Source: an uncultured Desulfobacterales bacterium | GTDB lineage: Bacteria; Desulfobacterota; Desulfobacteria; Desulfobacterales; QNYZ01 | NCBI GenBank assembly: GCA_964577615.1 | Contig: CAZNZW010000008.1 | Span: forward strand, 54-64,053 | DNA length: 64,000 bases | Direction: 5' to 3' | In this document: piece by piece, positions 17,998-27,436 of the stretch | Layout of the letters: each line of letters begins with the position of its first letter | How positions within the stretch are numbered: the stretch's first letter is position 1 | The notes under the pieces: generated by a model | What the model saw: only the letters and a program-made list of their open reading frames with translations | The model's database searches: none | What the model was told of the DNA's origin: nothing | Translations under genes and position numbers: made by a program

Positions 17998-20168
17998 CCG
18001 GCCCGCGAATCTTCATTACCGGCATGGGCATCATCAGCCCGCTGGGGACTGGATGCCCGGCCACACTGGCCGCCCTGAACCGTGAAGAAAAAAATATCCG
18101 CCCGCTTTCTCTTTTTCCCATCCCCCATGGCACGCCCCTGCCAGTCGGCGAAGTCACCGAAAATATAGAATCTTCCGGCCTGCCCCGTACCCACCAGCTG
18201 GCCGAAATCGCCGCCCGGGAAGCGGTTGGCGACAACAACCGGCCGGTAGATGCCATCGTCATCGGCACGACCACCGGCGGCCTGCCCGACACGGAGGCCC
18301 GGCTCATGGCCGGCATTGATACGCCCGACGCCTACCGCTGCCACGCAGCAGGTTCGATCGCCGGCCATCTGGCAAAGCTTTTTGCATGCCACGGCCCTGT
18401 CCTGACCATTTCCACGGCCTGTTCATCCGGCGTCGCCGCCTTTGCGCTGGCCCGGGCCATTCTGCAAAACGGTCTGGCCACGCGCGTACTGGCCGGCGGC
18501 GCCGATGCCCTCTGCCGGCTGACCTATCATGGATTTAATGCCCTGCAGCTCATCGACCCGGCCGGCCCCAGACCCTTTGACCACCACCGGCGCGGCATGG
18601 CCGTCGGCGAAGGGGCGGCCATGCTCCTGCTTGAAGCCGCCCAGACGCCCCCGGCCGGCGCCGTCGCCGAATTTCTCGGCGCGGGTCTTTCCTGCGATGC
18701 ATACCACCCCACGGCCCCTCATCCGGAAGGCGCCGGCGCCCGGGCCGCCATGCAGGCCGCCCTGACCGATGCGGATGTGCGCCCGGACCAGATCGATTAC
18801 ATCCACCTTCACGGAACCGGCACCCCGGAAAACGACCGGGCCGAAGCCCGGGCGGTTGACCGTCTTTTTTCCAGTCACCCGCCAGCCGCGTCGTCGATCA
18901 AGGGCGCCACCGGTCACAGCCTGGCCGCCGCCGGTGCCGTGGGGGCCGTGATATCTGCCCTGGCCCTTGCACACCACCTGATTCCGGCAACCGCGGGCCT
19001 GGCCGAACCGGATCCGGATCTTCCCTTACGGCCGGTCTCCACCTTGATCCGCCGCCGGTACCGCCGAACCATGATCAACGCTTTCGGCTTTGGCGGCAAT
19101 AACGCTGTCGCCATCCTGGGGGCCGTTGGCAGCAGTGGCCCCCGCTGCCGGACCCACACTCCTTTCGAACGGTTTTCCGTGCGGGCCTGGGCCTGTCTGA
19201 CCGGCGCGGGCGATACGGCCGAAAGCACTGCCCGTTTCCGTCTGGGAAAATCCCTGGCCGGTCAATCTCCCGAAGCCGAGTTTGCCGCCGGCCTGCCCGC
19301 CGCCGCCCGCCGCCGGCTGAAGCGGCTGCCCCGCATGGTCCTCGCCCTCTGCGCGGCGGCTGCCCGCCAGTGGGCCGCGGGCGACGCCCCCCGATCGATT
19401 TTCCTCGGTACGGGCTGGGGGGCACTGACGGAAACCCACCGGTTTCTCACCCGGCTGTTCGAATCGGATGAACGCTTTGCCAGCCCCATCGATTTTTCCG
19501 GCTCCGTCCACAATGCCCCGGCGGGTCAGGCGGCCATCCATCTGAGCGCCACGGGCCCCAACCTGACTTTGACCGGGGGAGACGCTTCCTTCGAGCAGGC
19601 CCTCTTTGCCGCCGCCCGTCTGACCGACCCGGCAACCGGGCCGTGCATCGTCATCGGCGCCGACGAATACCATCCGGATTATTCTCCCCTTTTTGATGCA
19701 TCGTGCCGACAATCCGGCCGCCCGGCGGACGGGGGTGCCGCCTTCTGCCTGACACGGACCGCCGATTCCCGGCGCCCGACCCTGGACCTGCTGTTTTACG
19801 GCCGGGCTGAAAAACGCCCGCAAACGATTTCCGATCTGGCGGCCGCCGTCAACAGCGCCACGTCTCACGGGATCGGGTATGACGCCATTTTATACGGGGT
19901 TCCCATGTGTTATGATGAATCGGGCAGGCAACAGCTCGCCTTGCTTACCCGGTCCCTTCACCACCGCGTCCCCGGCATTGCCTACCGGCCGTATACCGGC
20001 GAATTTGCCACTGCCGCCGGCGTGGCCACGGCCCTGGCCCTGGATCTGGTCTCCCGGTCAGCCATTCCGGCCGCCCTGACCGGTGGCGATCCGCTGGCCC
20101 TGACCCATCACGGCCTCCTGGTTATCGGCCTGGGAGATGATGTATCTGCCATCATGGTGCGTGCCTGA
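17994..20168 (+). CDS. Fused beta-ketoacyl synthase / chain-length-factor protein
   Basis: KS half: STACSS, HLHGTGTPEND, KGATGHSL, NAFGFGGNN; second half SPIDFSGSVHNAPAG (aryl-polyene CLF-type) with no catalytic Cys; TTG start overlaps ACP stop. Confidence 0.85.
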   Translation: MTGPRIFITGMGIISPLGTGCPATLAALNREEKNIRPLSLFPIPHGTPLPVGEVTENIESSGLPRTHQLAEIAAREAVGDNNRPVDAIVIGTTTGGLPDTEARLMAGIDTPDAYRCHAAGSIAGHLAKLFACHGPVLTISTACSSGVAAFALARAILQNGLATRVLAGGADALCRLTYHGFNALQLIDPAGPRPFDHHRRGMAVGEGAAMLLLEAAQTPPAGAVAEFLGAGLSCDAYHPTAPHPEGAGARAAMQAALTDADVRPDQIDYIHLHGTGTPENDRAEARAVDRLFSSHPPAASSIKGATGHSLAAAGAVGAVISALALAHHLIPATAGLAEPDPDLPLRPVSTLIRRRYRRTMINAFGFGGNNAVAILGAVGSSGPRCRTHTPFERFSVRAWACLTGAGDTAESTARFRLGKSLAGQSPEAEFAAGLPAAARRRLKRLPRMVLALCAAAARQWAAGDAPRSIFLGTGWGALTETHRFLTRLFESDERFASPIDFSGSVHNAPAGQAAIHLSATGPNLTLTGGDASFEQALFAAARLTDPATGPCIVIGADEYHPDYSPLFDASCRQSGRPADGGAAFCLTRTADSRRPTLDLLFYGRAEKRPQTISDLAAAVNSATSHGIGYDAILYGVPMCYDESGRQQLALLTRSLHHRVPGIAYRPYTGEFATAAGVATALALDLVSRSAIPAALTGGDPLALTHHGLLVIGLGDDVSAIMVRA

Positions 20169-21515
20169 ATGAATGTCCTGCTCATCTCGGCCAACCCGCT
20201 GACAACGCCTTACCCGGTGTATCCGGTGGGCCTCGATTACGTGGCCGGCGCCATTCCCCCCCGGCACCGGGTCCACATTGCCGACATCAACCTGACCCGG
20301 CCCGATGCGCTCACCGCTCTCATCGATTCTTTCCATCCGGATGTCGTCGGTCTTTCCCTGCGTAACGTCGACAATACGGACATCGAAAATCCCCGCGCCT
20401 TTCTCGACGACCACCGCGGCCTTTGCCATCGCGTCCGACAGGCCACCCGGGCGCCGATCATTCTCGGCGGCAGCGGTTTTACCATTTTCCCCACGGAAAT
20501 GCTGGCGGCGCTGGATGCCGACTACGGCATTGCGGGTGAGGGGGAACGGCTGGCCCCGCTGCTCGACGCGCTTGAAAACGGCACCGATCCGGCCCGTCTG
20601 CCGGGGGTGATTGTCCGTGGCGGCACCGGCCACATTCCGCCTCCACTGGCCCGCATGATTCAACGCCCCGTCGTGGCCGACGGCGCCCACCGCCGCTTCT
20701 ATCTGGACCGGGGCGGCATGCTCAACCTCCAGACCAAACGGGGCTGCCCGTTCAAATGCGTCTATTGCACCTACCCGCACATCGAGGGCCGCCATATGCG
20801 CCGGATCCCCCCGGCCGATGTGGCGGCCACTGCCGTCCGGCTCGTCAATGCCGGCGCCAGATACCTTTTTATTACCGATTCGGCCTTTAACGCCGACTTT
20901 ACCCACAGCGCGGCGGTGGCCGAGGCCTTTGTTCACGCGGGAATCAAGGTCCCCTGGGGCGGTTTCTTCACGCCCATCGCGCCGCCTGCCGGATATTTCC
21001 GTCGACTGGCCCGGGCCGGTCTTACCCATGTGGAATTCGGCACGGAATCGCTGGCCGACGAGGTGCTCAAAGCGTACGGCAAGCCCTTTACCGCCGGCGA
21101 GGTGCTCGCCACCCACCGGCGGGCCGTGGCCGCCGGCCTGTATGTGGCCCATTACATGCTGCTCGGCGGCCCCGGTGAAACACCCGAAACCATCCAGCAG
21201 ACGCTGCGCACCATTGACAAGCTCGAGAAAACCGTCATATTTATCTTCTGCGGCATGCGGATTTACCCCCACACGGCCCTTTACGATCTCGCCTGCCGGC
21301 AGGGTCAGGTGGTGCCCGGTCGCAGTCTGCTTGCCCCGGTATTTTACCGCTCGCCGGCCATGGCGCCGGAAAGGATCCTTGCCCGGATCCATGCGGCGGC
21401 CGCCGGCCGCGGCAACTGGATTTTAAACGACGGCGGCGACGGTTCGGCCACTGTCCTGGATGCCATGTACCGGCGGGGGTTCAGCGGCCCCCTGTGGGAG
21501 TACCTGATCAAATGA
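20169..21515 (+). CDS. Lipid-biosynthesis cobalamin-binding radical SAM protein
   Basis: MNVLLISAN..PYPVYPVGL, VVGLSLRNVD, ILGGSGF, QTKRGCPFKCVYC; resembles the TIGR04072 family as recalled, not searched. Confidence 0.85.
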   Translation: MNVLLISANPLTTPYPVYPVGLDYVAGAIPPRHRVHIADINLTRPDALTALIDSFHPDVVGLSLRNVDNTDIENPRAFLDDHRGLCHRVRQATRAPIILGGSGFTIFPTEMLAALDADYGIAGEGERLAPLLDALENGTDPARLPGVIVRGGTGHIPPPLARMIQRPVVADGAHRRFYLDRGGMLNLQTKRGCPFKCVYCTYPHIEGRHMRRIPPADVAATAVRLVNAGARYLFITDSAFNADFTHSAAVAEAFVHAGIKVPWGGFFTPIAPPAGYFRRLARAGLTHVEFGTESLADEVLKAYGKPFTAGEVLATHRRAVAAGLYVAHYMLLGGPGETPETIQQTLRTIDKLEKTVIFIFCGMRIYPHTALYDLACRQGQVVPGRSLLAPVFYRSPAMAPERILARIHAAAAGRGNWILNDGGDGSATVLDAMYRRGFSGPLWEYLIK

Positions 21516-21904
21516 CAAAAATCCCCTCATCTCCCCTTTTAATTGATCGGAAAAAATGGTATCGCTTTGCGGATTTGACCATTGGCGATCATGGGGAGAT
21601 TACAGCCCGGTTGCAGATGGATGCCGCCTCGTTATGGTTCTGTGGCCATTTCCCCGGCAATCCGATTCTCCCGGGGATTGCCCAGCTGGCCCTGGTCATC
21701 GATGCCATCGGGCAGGCCAGTGACGCGACGGTTCGGCTGAAGCAGATCAACCGGGTCCGCTTCAAGCGGCCCATTCGTCCGGGGGAGTCCATCGAGATCA
21801 GGATCCGGCCCGACGGGCACCGGCCGTCCGCGTATACTTTTTTGATCGATTCCGGTGGACAGCGCGCCTGTTCAGGACGGCTGGAGACAGTCCACGAATC
21901 ATAA
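21512..21904 (+). CDS. FabZ/ApeI-type hotdog dehydratase
   Basis: WFCGHFPGNPILPGIAQL, VRFKRPIRPG; ATG overlaps upstream TGA (ORF track 21494). Confidence 0.82.
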   Translation: MTKIPSSPLLIDRKKWYRFADLTIGDHGEITARLQMDAASLWFCGHFPGNPILPGIAQLALVIDAIGQASDATVRLKQINRVRFKRPIRPGESIEIRIRPDGHRPSAYTFLIDSGGQRACSGRLETVHES

Positions 21905-21940
21905 TAAGAATAACATTATAAATAAGTTGGAGAGCAAATC

Positions 21941-22204
21941 ATGACGGACGGAAAGACCCTTGAAACAATCATCCAGCGCGTGGCCGAAGTGATGATCGAC
22001 GAGCTGAAACTGGAAGATGTGACCCCGGAAACCTTTGACGCCGACGTGGACCTCATCGATGAGATCGGTATCGACAGCATGGATCTGGCGACCGTGGCAC
22101 TGGTCCTCCAGGACGAATACGCCATTCATATCGATGAGGACGATTACCCGAAACTCACCACTGTCCGCCTGATCGCCGAATATGTCCAGCAGCGGGTCCG
22201 GTAG
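21941..22204 (+). CDS. Acyl carrier protein 2
   Basis: IGIDSMDL motif; acidic 87 aa; RBS GGAG. Confidence 0.92.
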   Translation: MTDGKTLETIIQRVAEVMIDELKLEDVTPETFDADVDLIDEIGIDSMDLATVALVLQDEYAIHIDEDDYPKLTTVRLIAEYVQQRVR

Positions 22205-22208
22205 AGGC

Positions 22209-23321
22209 ATGACCATGGGCCATACCGTCTCCACAGCATCGCCCGGCCGGGAAACCACCGGACCGGATTCCCCCCGGGTCTATAAATTCGCCGATATCCT
22301 GTCCGACCCGGCCATCCGCCGCCGCTGGGAAAAGGTTCGCCGCTATTTCTTTCTGCGGGAATCCACCTACGACATGACCAATCGCTGCAATATCCGCTGT
22401 GACGGGTGCTATTTTTACGAAGGCGAGAAACAGTTCTCACAAAACAACACCGACCCCGAAGCCTGGCGCCGGCACATGATCGCGGAAAAGGAACGGGGCA
22501 TCACCTATGCCGTTCTCGCCGGGGCGGAACCCTCTCTGGTACCCGACCTCTGTCAGGCCTGCTTTGATGTGATTCCCAAGGGGGCCATCGCCACCAACGG
22601 CGTGCAGCCAATCCCGGCCCCGGTGGGATACCGGATTCACATCTCGGTCTGGGGCAGCGACGACACCAGCCAGCGGGTCCGGCATGCCCGGCATCTGCTC
22701 GAAAAACAGATGGAAAACTACCGGGACGATCCCCGGGTGGTCTTTGTTTACACATTTACCCGGGAAAATATCGATGAAAGCCGGGACGTCATCCGTACCC
22801 TGGTCGACAACGATTTCAAGGTAACGTTTAACGTTTTTTCCGCCCCGGTCGGATACCGGGGCCACCTGCGCCATACGCCGGAGACCTTGACCCGCATGCA
22901 GACCGTCATGACGGATCTGCTCGGCCAGTATCCGCGCCACGTGCTTTACGCGCATTACAATGCCGTTGCCCATACGCATCGTCTGGGTCTGCACGCCCTG
23001 TTCGGCTGTTCATACCCCCGCCGGAACCCGTCCAGGGCCATCGGTCTGGGGCGCTCTTTCCGCCAGTACCGGTCCGATCTGACCTGGGACCGCCAGGCGG
23101 CCTGCTGCGTGCCGGATACCGACTGCGATGACTGCCGGCATTACGCCGCCGGGAGCGCCGTCGTCACCGCCCGGCTGTTTCGCCATGCCGCCGATCCCGA
23201 CACTTTCAAAGCCTGGCTTGATTATGTTGATACCTACCTGTCGGTCTGGGTAGTGGACTATCCCAAGGGAAATAACCTCTGCCACCAGCCGGTGTCGCCG
23301 CCCGGCCATCATCAGGCCTGA
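22209..23321 (+). CDS. Radical SAM protein A with C-terminal Cys cluster (unknown function)
   Basis: CNIRCDGC, AGAEPS, ATNG; C-terminal ACCVPDTDCDDC; start after AGAGG (ORF track 22182). Confidence 0.85.
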   Translation: MTMGHTVSTASPGRETTGPDSPRVYKFADILSDPAIRRRWEKVRRYFFLRESTYDMTNRCNIRCDGCYFYEGEKQFSQNNTDPEAWRRHMIAEKERGITYAVLAGAEPSLVPDLCQACFDVIPKGAIATNGVQPIPAPVGYRIHISVWGSDDTSQRVRHARHLLEKQMENYRDDPRVVFVYTFTRENIDESRDVIRTLVDNDFKVTFNVFSAPVGYRGHLRHTPETLTRMQTVMTDLLGQYPRHVLYAHYNAVAHTHRLGLHALFGCSYPRRNPSRAIGLGRSFRQYRSDLTWDRQAACCVPDTDCDDCRHYAAGSAVVTARLFRHAADPDTFKAWLDYVDTYLSVWVVDYPKGNNLCHQPVSPPGHHQA

Positions 23322-23353
23322 TGTCCCCGGCCTGATTATCTGGAGTGTTTTGA

Positions 23354-24352
23354 ATGAAAACAATCAGTTCTTTATTAAATGAAGAATGGTATAACCGCTA
23401 CAAAAAGATATCCAAGCTCAATATCCGCAGTTCCATCTACGACGTCAACAACCGCTGCAACCTGCGCTGCAAAGGGTGTTTCTTTTTCTCATCCAACGAG
23501 GACAAAGCGGCCGACGAAGAAACCGATCTTGGCAAATGGGAAGCGTTTATCGACAATGAGAAAGCCCGCGGCGTCAATCTGGCCATCCTGATCGGTGGCG
23601 AACCGAGCCTGAATCTGGACCGGATTGACGCTTTTTACCGCCGGATGCCGACGTTCTGCGCCACCAACGGCCTGATCAAAGTCCCCCGCGACCGGTTCCC
23701 CGACCTGATGGTGGGAATTTCGCTCTGGGGCGATGAAGAAGACGAAAAAAAGCTGCGCGGCAAAGACACCTTCGCGGTTTCCAGCAAAAATTACGCCGGA
23801 GACGCCTATACGTATTACCTGTATACCATCACGCCCCGGCAGATCGGCAAAACCGAGCAGATCGTCCGCAAGATCCGGGACATCGGTGTCAAAGTGCACA
23901 TGCAGCTGCTGTCCAACGATGAAGACGTGGACGGCTTTTCATGGCAGCCCGAAGAGCTGGTGGATATCCGGGCGGAAATGGACGCCATGCTCGACCGGTA
24001 CGCCGACACGGTCATTTCATCCAAATATTATCATAAGATCATTACGACGGGAGAGATGCTCGGCCGCCGGTTTGGCTGGCTGGAATGCCCGTCAGTGACC
24101 GAATCGTTCGACACCCGTGACCCGCAGCCCAAACGGCTGATCCATTTTATCCGCTGGGCCTCGGATTTAAAGACGACCCACCGCTGCTGTACATCGGAAA
24201 CCCGGGACTGCAGTACGTGTAAGGACGGTGCGGCGCACATGAGCTGGGTCATGGTCAACAAGCGCGCCCACATGCGCTCTGCTGAAGATTTTCAGAACTG
24301 GATCGAAGTGTACGAGATGTTTGCCAAACTCTACCGGTTTATTCCCTGGTAA
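23354..24352 (+). CDS. Radical SAM protein B, paralog of A
   Basis: CNLRCKGC, GGEPS, ATNG; C-terminal RCCTSETRDCSTC. Confidence 0.87.
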   Translation: MKTISSLLNEEWYNRYKKISKLNIRSSIYDVNNRCNLRCKGCFFFSSNEDKAADEETDLGKWEAFIDNEKARGVNLAILIGGEPSLNLDRIDAFYRRMPTFCATNGLIKVPRDRFPDLMVGISLWGDEEDEKKLRGKDTFAVSSKNYAGDAYTYYLYTITPRQIGKTEQIVRKIRDIGVKVHMQLLSNDEDVDGFSWQPEELVDIRAEMDAMLDRYADTVISSKYYHKIITTGEMLGRRFGWLECPSVTESFDTRDPQPKRLIHFIRWASDLKTTHRCCTSETRDCSTCKDGAAHMSWVMVNKRAHMRSAEDFQNWIEVYEMFAKLYRFIPW

Positions 24353-24394
24353 TGCCGCCGGCGCCGCGGTTTTCCCGGCGCCCGGAAAAAAATC

Positions 24395-25645
24395 ATGACC
24401 CCCAAAACCGCCGTTATCGCCGGATTCGATGCCGTCTCTCCCCTGGGTACGACGCTGCCCGTTCAATGGAAGCGCGCGCTTGCCGGGCAGAGCGGCATCG
24501 GCCCCCTGACCCGCTTTGAATACGACGCCCGTTTTCCGGTACGGATCGCCGGCCAGGTGCCCCCTTTTGACCCGTCGCCATACCCGTTTCTTTCCCCGCG
24601 GGCCATGGCGCACTGGTCCTCTCCCATTTTTCCCCATGCCCTGCTTACCGTCCACCGGGCCCTGGGCAGCAGCGGCATTGAGATCGATGCGGCCCTGGCG
24701 CCCCGGGTGGCGGTGACGTTCAGCTCGGCCGTGGGCGGGCAGGATGCCGTTCTGGCCGCCGACCGGAAAATGATTGCACACGGCAAGCTGCCCCACCCGT
24801 TCACCAACCCCAATGCCTGCATCAACATGGTGGGCGGCAAGGTATCGATGCTGACCGGCGCCACCGGCCCGATCGTTTCGACCATTACCGCCTGTGCCAC
24901 GGGCCTGACCTCGATGATCACCGGCGCCATGCTGATCGGACAGGGGATGGCCGACGTCGCCATCTGCGGGGCCGTGGATTTCGCTCTGGTCGAACCGATT
25001 GTCGCCGGTTTTTTTACGATGAACGGCGCCTTTAACCCCAGACGCGGCCAGGAAAACGAGCCGCCCCACCGGGCCAGCCGGCCCTTTTCCGTCGACCGCC
25101 GGGGATTTGTCATCTCCGAGGGAGCGGCGGCGGTGATTCTCTGCAGCCATGACTTTGCCAGGGCCCACGGCCTGGATGCAAAGATCGCCCTGGCCGGCTA
25201 TGCCATGACGTCCGATGCCCGCCATTTTGTGGCGCCCAATCTGCCCACGGTGAGCCGCTGTATCCGGGAGAGCCTGACCGCCGCCCGCATTGATGCCGGC
25301 CAGATCGACGCGGTCAATGCCCATGCGGCCTCGACCCGGGTGGGCGACAGGGTCGAATACGATGCGCTGGCCGCAAATTTCGGCGACCGGATACCGCCGG
25401 TTACGGCCAACAAATCGCTGATCGGCCACGCCATGGGTGCGTCCAGCGCCATTGAATCGGTATTCGCCTTTCTGGGCATGGAAAACAACCGTCTCCTGCC
25501 GACCCGCAACTATTCCGCAGACCCGGAGATGGGTCTCGACTGCGCCGCCGAAGGTCCCCGTCGACTTGACCAGGAATTTGTGTTAAAAAATGCGTTCGGC
25601 TTTGGCGGCTGCAATTCATGCGCCGTCTTTCAGAAAATCGCCTGA
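24395..25645 (+). CDS. FabF-like beta-ketoacyl-ACP synthase
   Basis: ITACATG (Cys), NAHAAST (His), KSLIGHAMGA (His), NAFGFGG. Confidence 0.88.
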   Translation: MTPKTAVIAGFDAVSPLGTTLPVQWKRALAGQSGIGPLTRFEYDARFPVRIAGQVPPFDPSPYPFLSPRAMAHWSSPIFPHALLTVHRALGSSGIEIDAALAPRVAVTFSSAVGGQDAVLAADRKMIAHGKLPHPFTNPNACINMVGGKVSMLTGATGPIVSTITACATGLTSMITGAMLIGQGMADVAICGAVDFALVEPIVAGFFTMNGAFNPRRGQENEPPHRASRPFSVDRRGFVISEGAAAVILCSHDFARAHGLDAKIALAGYAMTSDARHFVAPNLPTVSRCIRESLTAARIDAGQIDAVNAHAASTRVGDRVEYDALAANFGDRIPPVTANKSLIGHAMGASSAIESVFAFLGMENNRLLPTRNYSADPEMGLDCAAEGPRRLDQEFVLKNAFGFGGCNSCAVFQKIA

Positions 25646-25689
25646 GGCCGTTTCTTCGTTCCGGCATCGGCCGGGAAAACGGATGATAT

Positions 25690-26955
25690 ATGAAAGCACC
25701 TTTAAACAGACGCGTCACCGTTGTCGGATATGCGGCGGCCACGGCGCTGGGGAAAACCTTTGCGACCACCTGGGGCCGATCGGTCGCCGGGGCCGCCGGG
25801 TTTCGCAGAATCACCCGCTGCGAGGTACAGACCCGGAGCAATGTCGTGGGCGAAATCCCCGGCTGGGATCCGCTGGCCTATGATTTTATCGACCGCAAGG
25901 AAGCGTACAACTGGAATGCGGATTATGTCATTCTGACTGTGGCGACCTGCCGGCAGGCCCTGCACGATGCCGGCCTCGACATCACCCCGGAAACCGGGCC
26001 CCGCACCGCCTGCCTGATCGGTTCGGCCTTAAACGGCGCCGACGCGTTCCGGGTGGCCATGGACAATTATGTCAACCGGGGGCCTTTCAAAGTCAGCCCC
26101 TACCTCCTGCCCAACCTCTGCGCCAACGTCCCCGCCGGCAAGGCCGGGATGGCCCTGGGATTTACCGGCCCGATTTTTTCTCCCCAGGGCGCCTGCGCCT
26201 CGGGGAATCACGCCATCGCCCTGGGCGCCCGCATGATCCGGGACGGCGACTGCGATTTCGCTCTGGTCGGCGGCGTGGACACCTGCCTGATACCGGAAAT
26301 CGTCCAGGGATTTGCCAATATGCTGGCCACGATCAGCATCGGGCCCGGCGACCGGGCCTTTGACGATCCGGCCCAGGCCTGCCGCCCCTTTTCCGTCGAC
26401 CGCAGGGGGATCGTGCTGGCCGAAGGATGCGGCGTTCTGGTCCTGGCCGCCGAAGAGGCCGCCGCCGCCTGGGGCCTGACCCCCCGGGCCGAGGTTCTCG
26501 GCGTCGGGTGGACTTCCGACGCCTACCACTTTACCCTGCCCAACCGGGAAACGATTATCCGGGCGATTGCCGCGGCCATCGACGATGCGGATCTGTCCCC
26601 GGACGATATCGATTACATCAACGCCCACGGCACATCGACCCGGAAGGGAGACCTGACGGAAATCGAATGTCTGCGCACTATCTTCGGGCCACGGCTGCCG
26701 CAGATCCCCGTTTCCGCCAACAAATCCCAGCTCGGCCATTCCCTGGGGGCCTCGGCCGCCATCGAAGCCGCCCTGGCCATTGAAGGCATGCGGCAGCAGG
26801 TCATTTTGCCCACGATCAACCATGTGCCCGACCCGGCCCTGGCCGACGTCGACGTGGTGCCCGGTACGGCCCGCCGGCAGGCCCACGAATTCGTCCTGTC
26901 AAACGCCTTCGGATTCGGCGGGACCAACTGCTGCCTGGTTTTAAGAGGAATGTGA
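25690..26955 (+). CDS. FabF-like beta-ketoacyl-ACP synthase
   Basis: GACASG (Cys), NAHGTST (His), KSQLGHSLGA (His), NAFGFGG. Confidence 0.9.
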   Translation: MKAPLNRRVTVVGYAAATALGKTFATTWGRSVAGAAGFRRITRCEVQTRSNVVGEIPGWDPLAYDFIDRKEAYNWNADYVILTVATCRQALHDAGLDITPETGPRTACLIGSALNGADAFRVAMDNYVNRGPFKVSPYLLPNLCANVPAGKAGMALGFTGPIFSPQGACASGNHAIALGARMIRDGDCDFALVGGVDTCLIPEIVQGFANMLATISIGPGDRAFDDPAQACRPFSVDRRGIVLAEGCGVLVLAAEEAAAAWGLTPRAEVLGVGWTSDAYHFTLPNRETIIRAIAAAIDDADLSPDDIDYINAHGTSTRKGDLTEIECLRTIFGPRLPQIPVSANKSQLGHSLGASAAIEAALAIEGMRQQVILPTINHVPDPALADVDVVPGTARRQAHEFVLSNAFGFGGTNCCLVLRGM

Positions 26956-26956
26956 T

Positions 26957-27436
26957 GTGAAACCGAAACCGTTTCAACCGGAAAAAAAAGCGGCCGATTC
27001 GCCCTACGTCCGGGACCTCACCGACAATCGCTGGTGGCATCGCTGCAGCCACCGGATTCTCTACGCCGACACGGACCGCTCCCAGGTGGTTTACCACGCC
27101 AATTACCTGCGTTACTTCGAGCAGGGCCGGGCCACTCTCATGCGGGACAGCGGTTACCCCTACCGCGAGGTGGAAGACAGCGGGTTTATTTACCCGATCA
27201 TTGCCATGGGGGTGGATTATTTTACACCGCTTTATTACGACGACCCGATCTACATCCACACCCGGCCGGCGGAAATGGAACGGGTGCGCCTGCAGTTTGA
27301 TTACCTGATCACCCACCAAGACACCGGCGCCGTTGTCTGCAAGGGCTTTACCCGTCACTGTGCCACCAACACCGCCGGAACGCCGGTGGGCATTGATGCA
27401 AAAACGACGCACCTATGGCTGACTTTTCCCCGCTGA
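26957..27436 (+). CDS. Acyl-CoA/ACP thioesterase (YbgC/4HBT family)
   Basis: YADTDRSQVVYHANYLRYFEQGR. Confidence 0.88.
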   Translation: MKPKPFQPEKKAADSPYVRDLTDNRWWHRCSHRILYADTDRSQVVYHANYLRYFEQGRATLMRDSGYPYREVEDSGFIYPIIAMGVDYFTPLYYDDPIYIHTRPAEMERVRLQFDYLITHQDTGAVVCKGFTRHCATNTAGTPVGIDAKTTHLWLTFPR

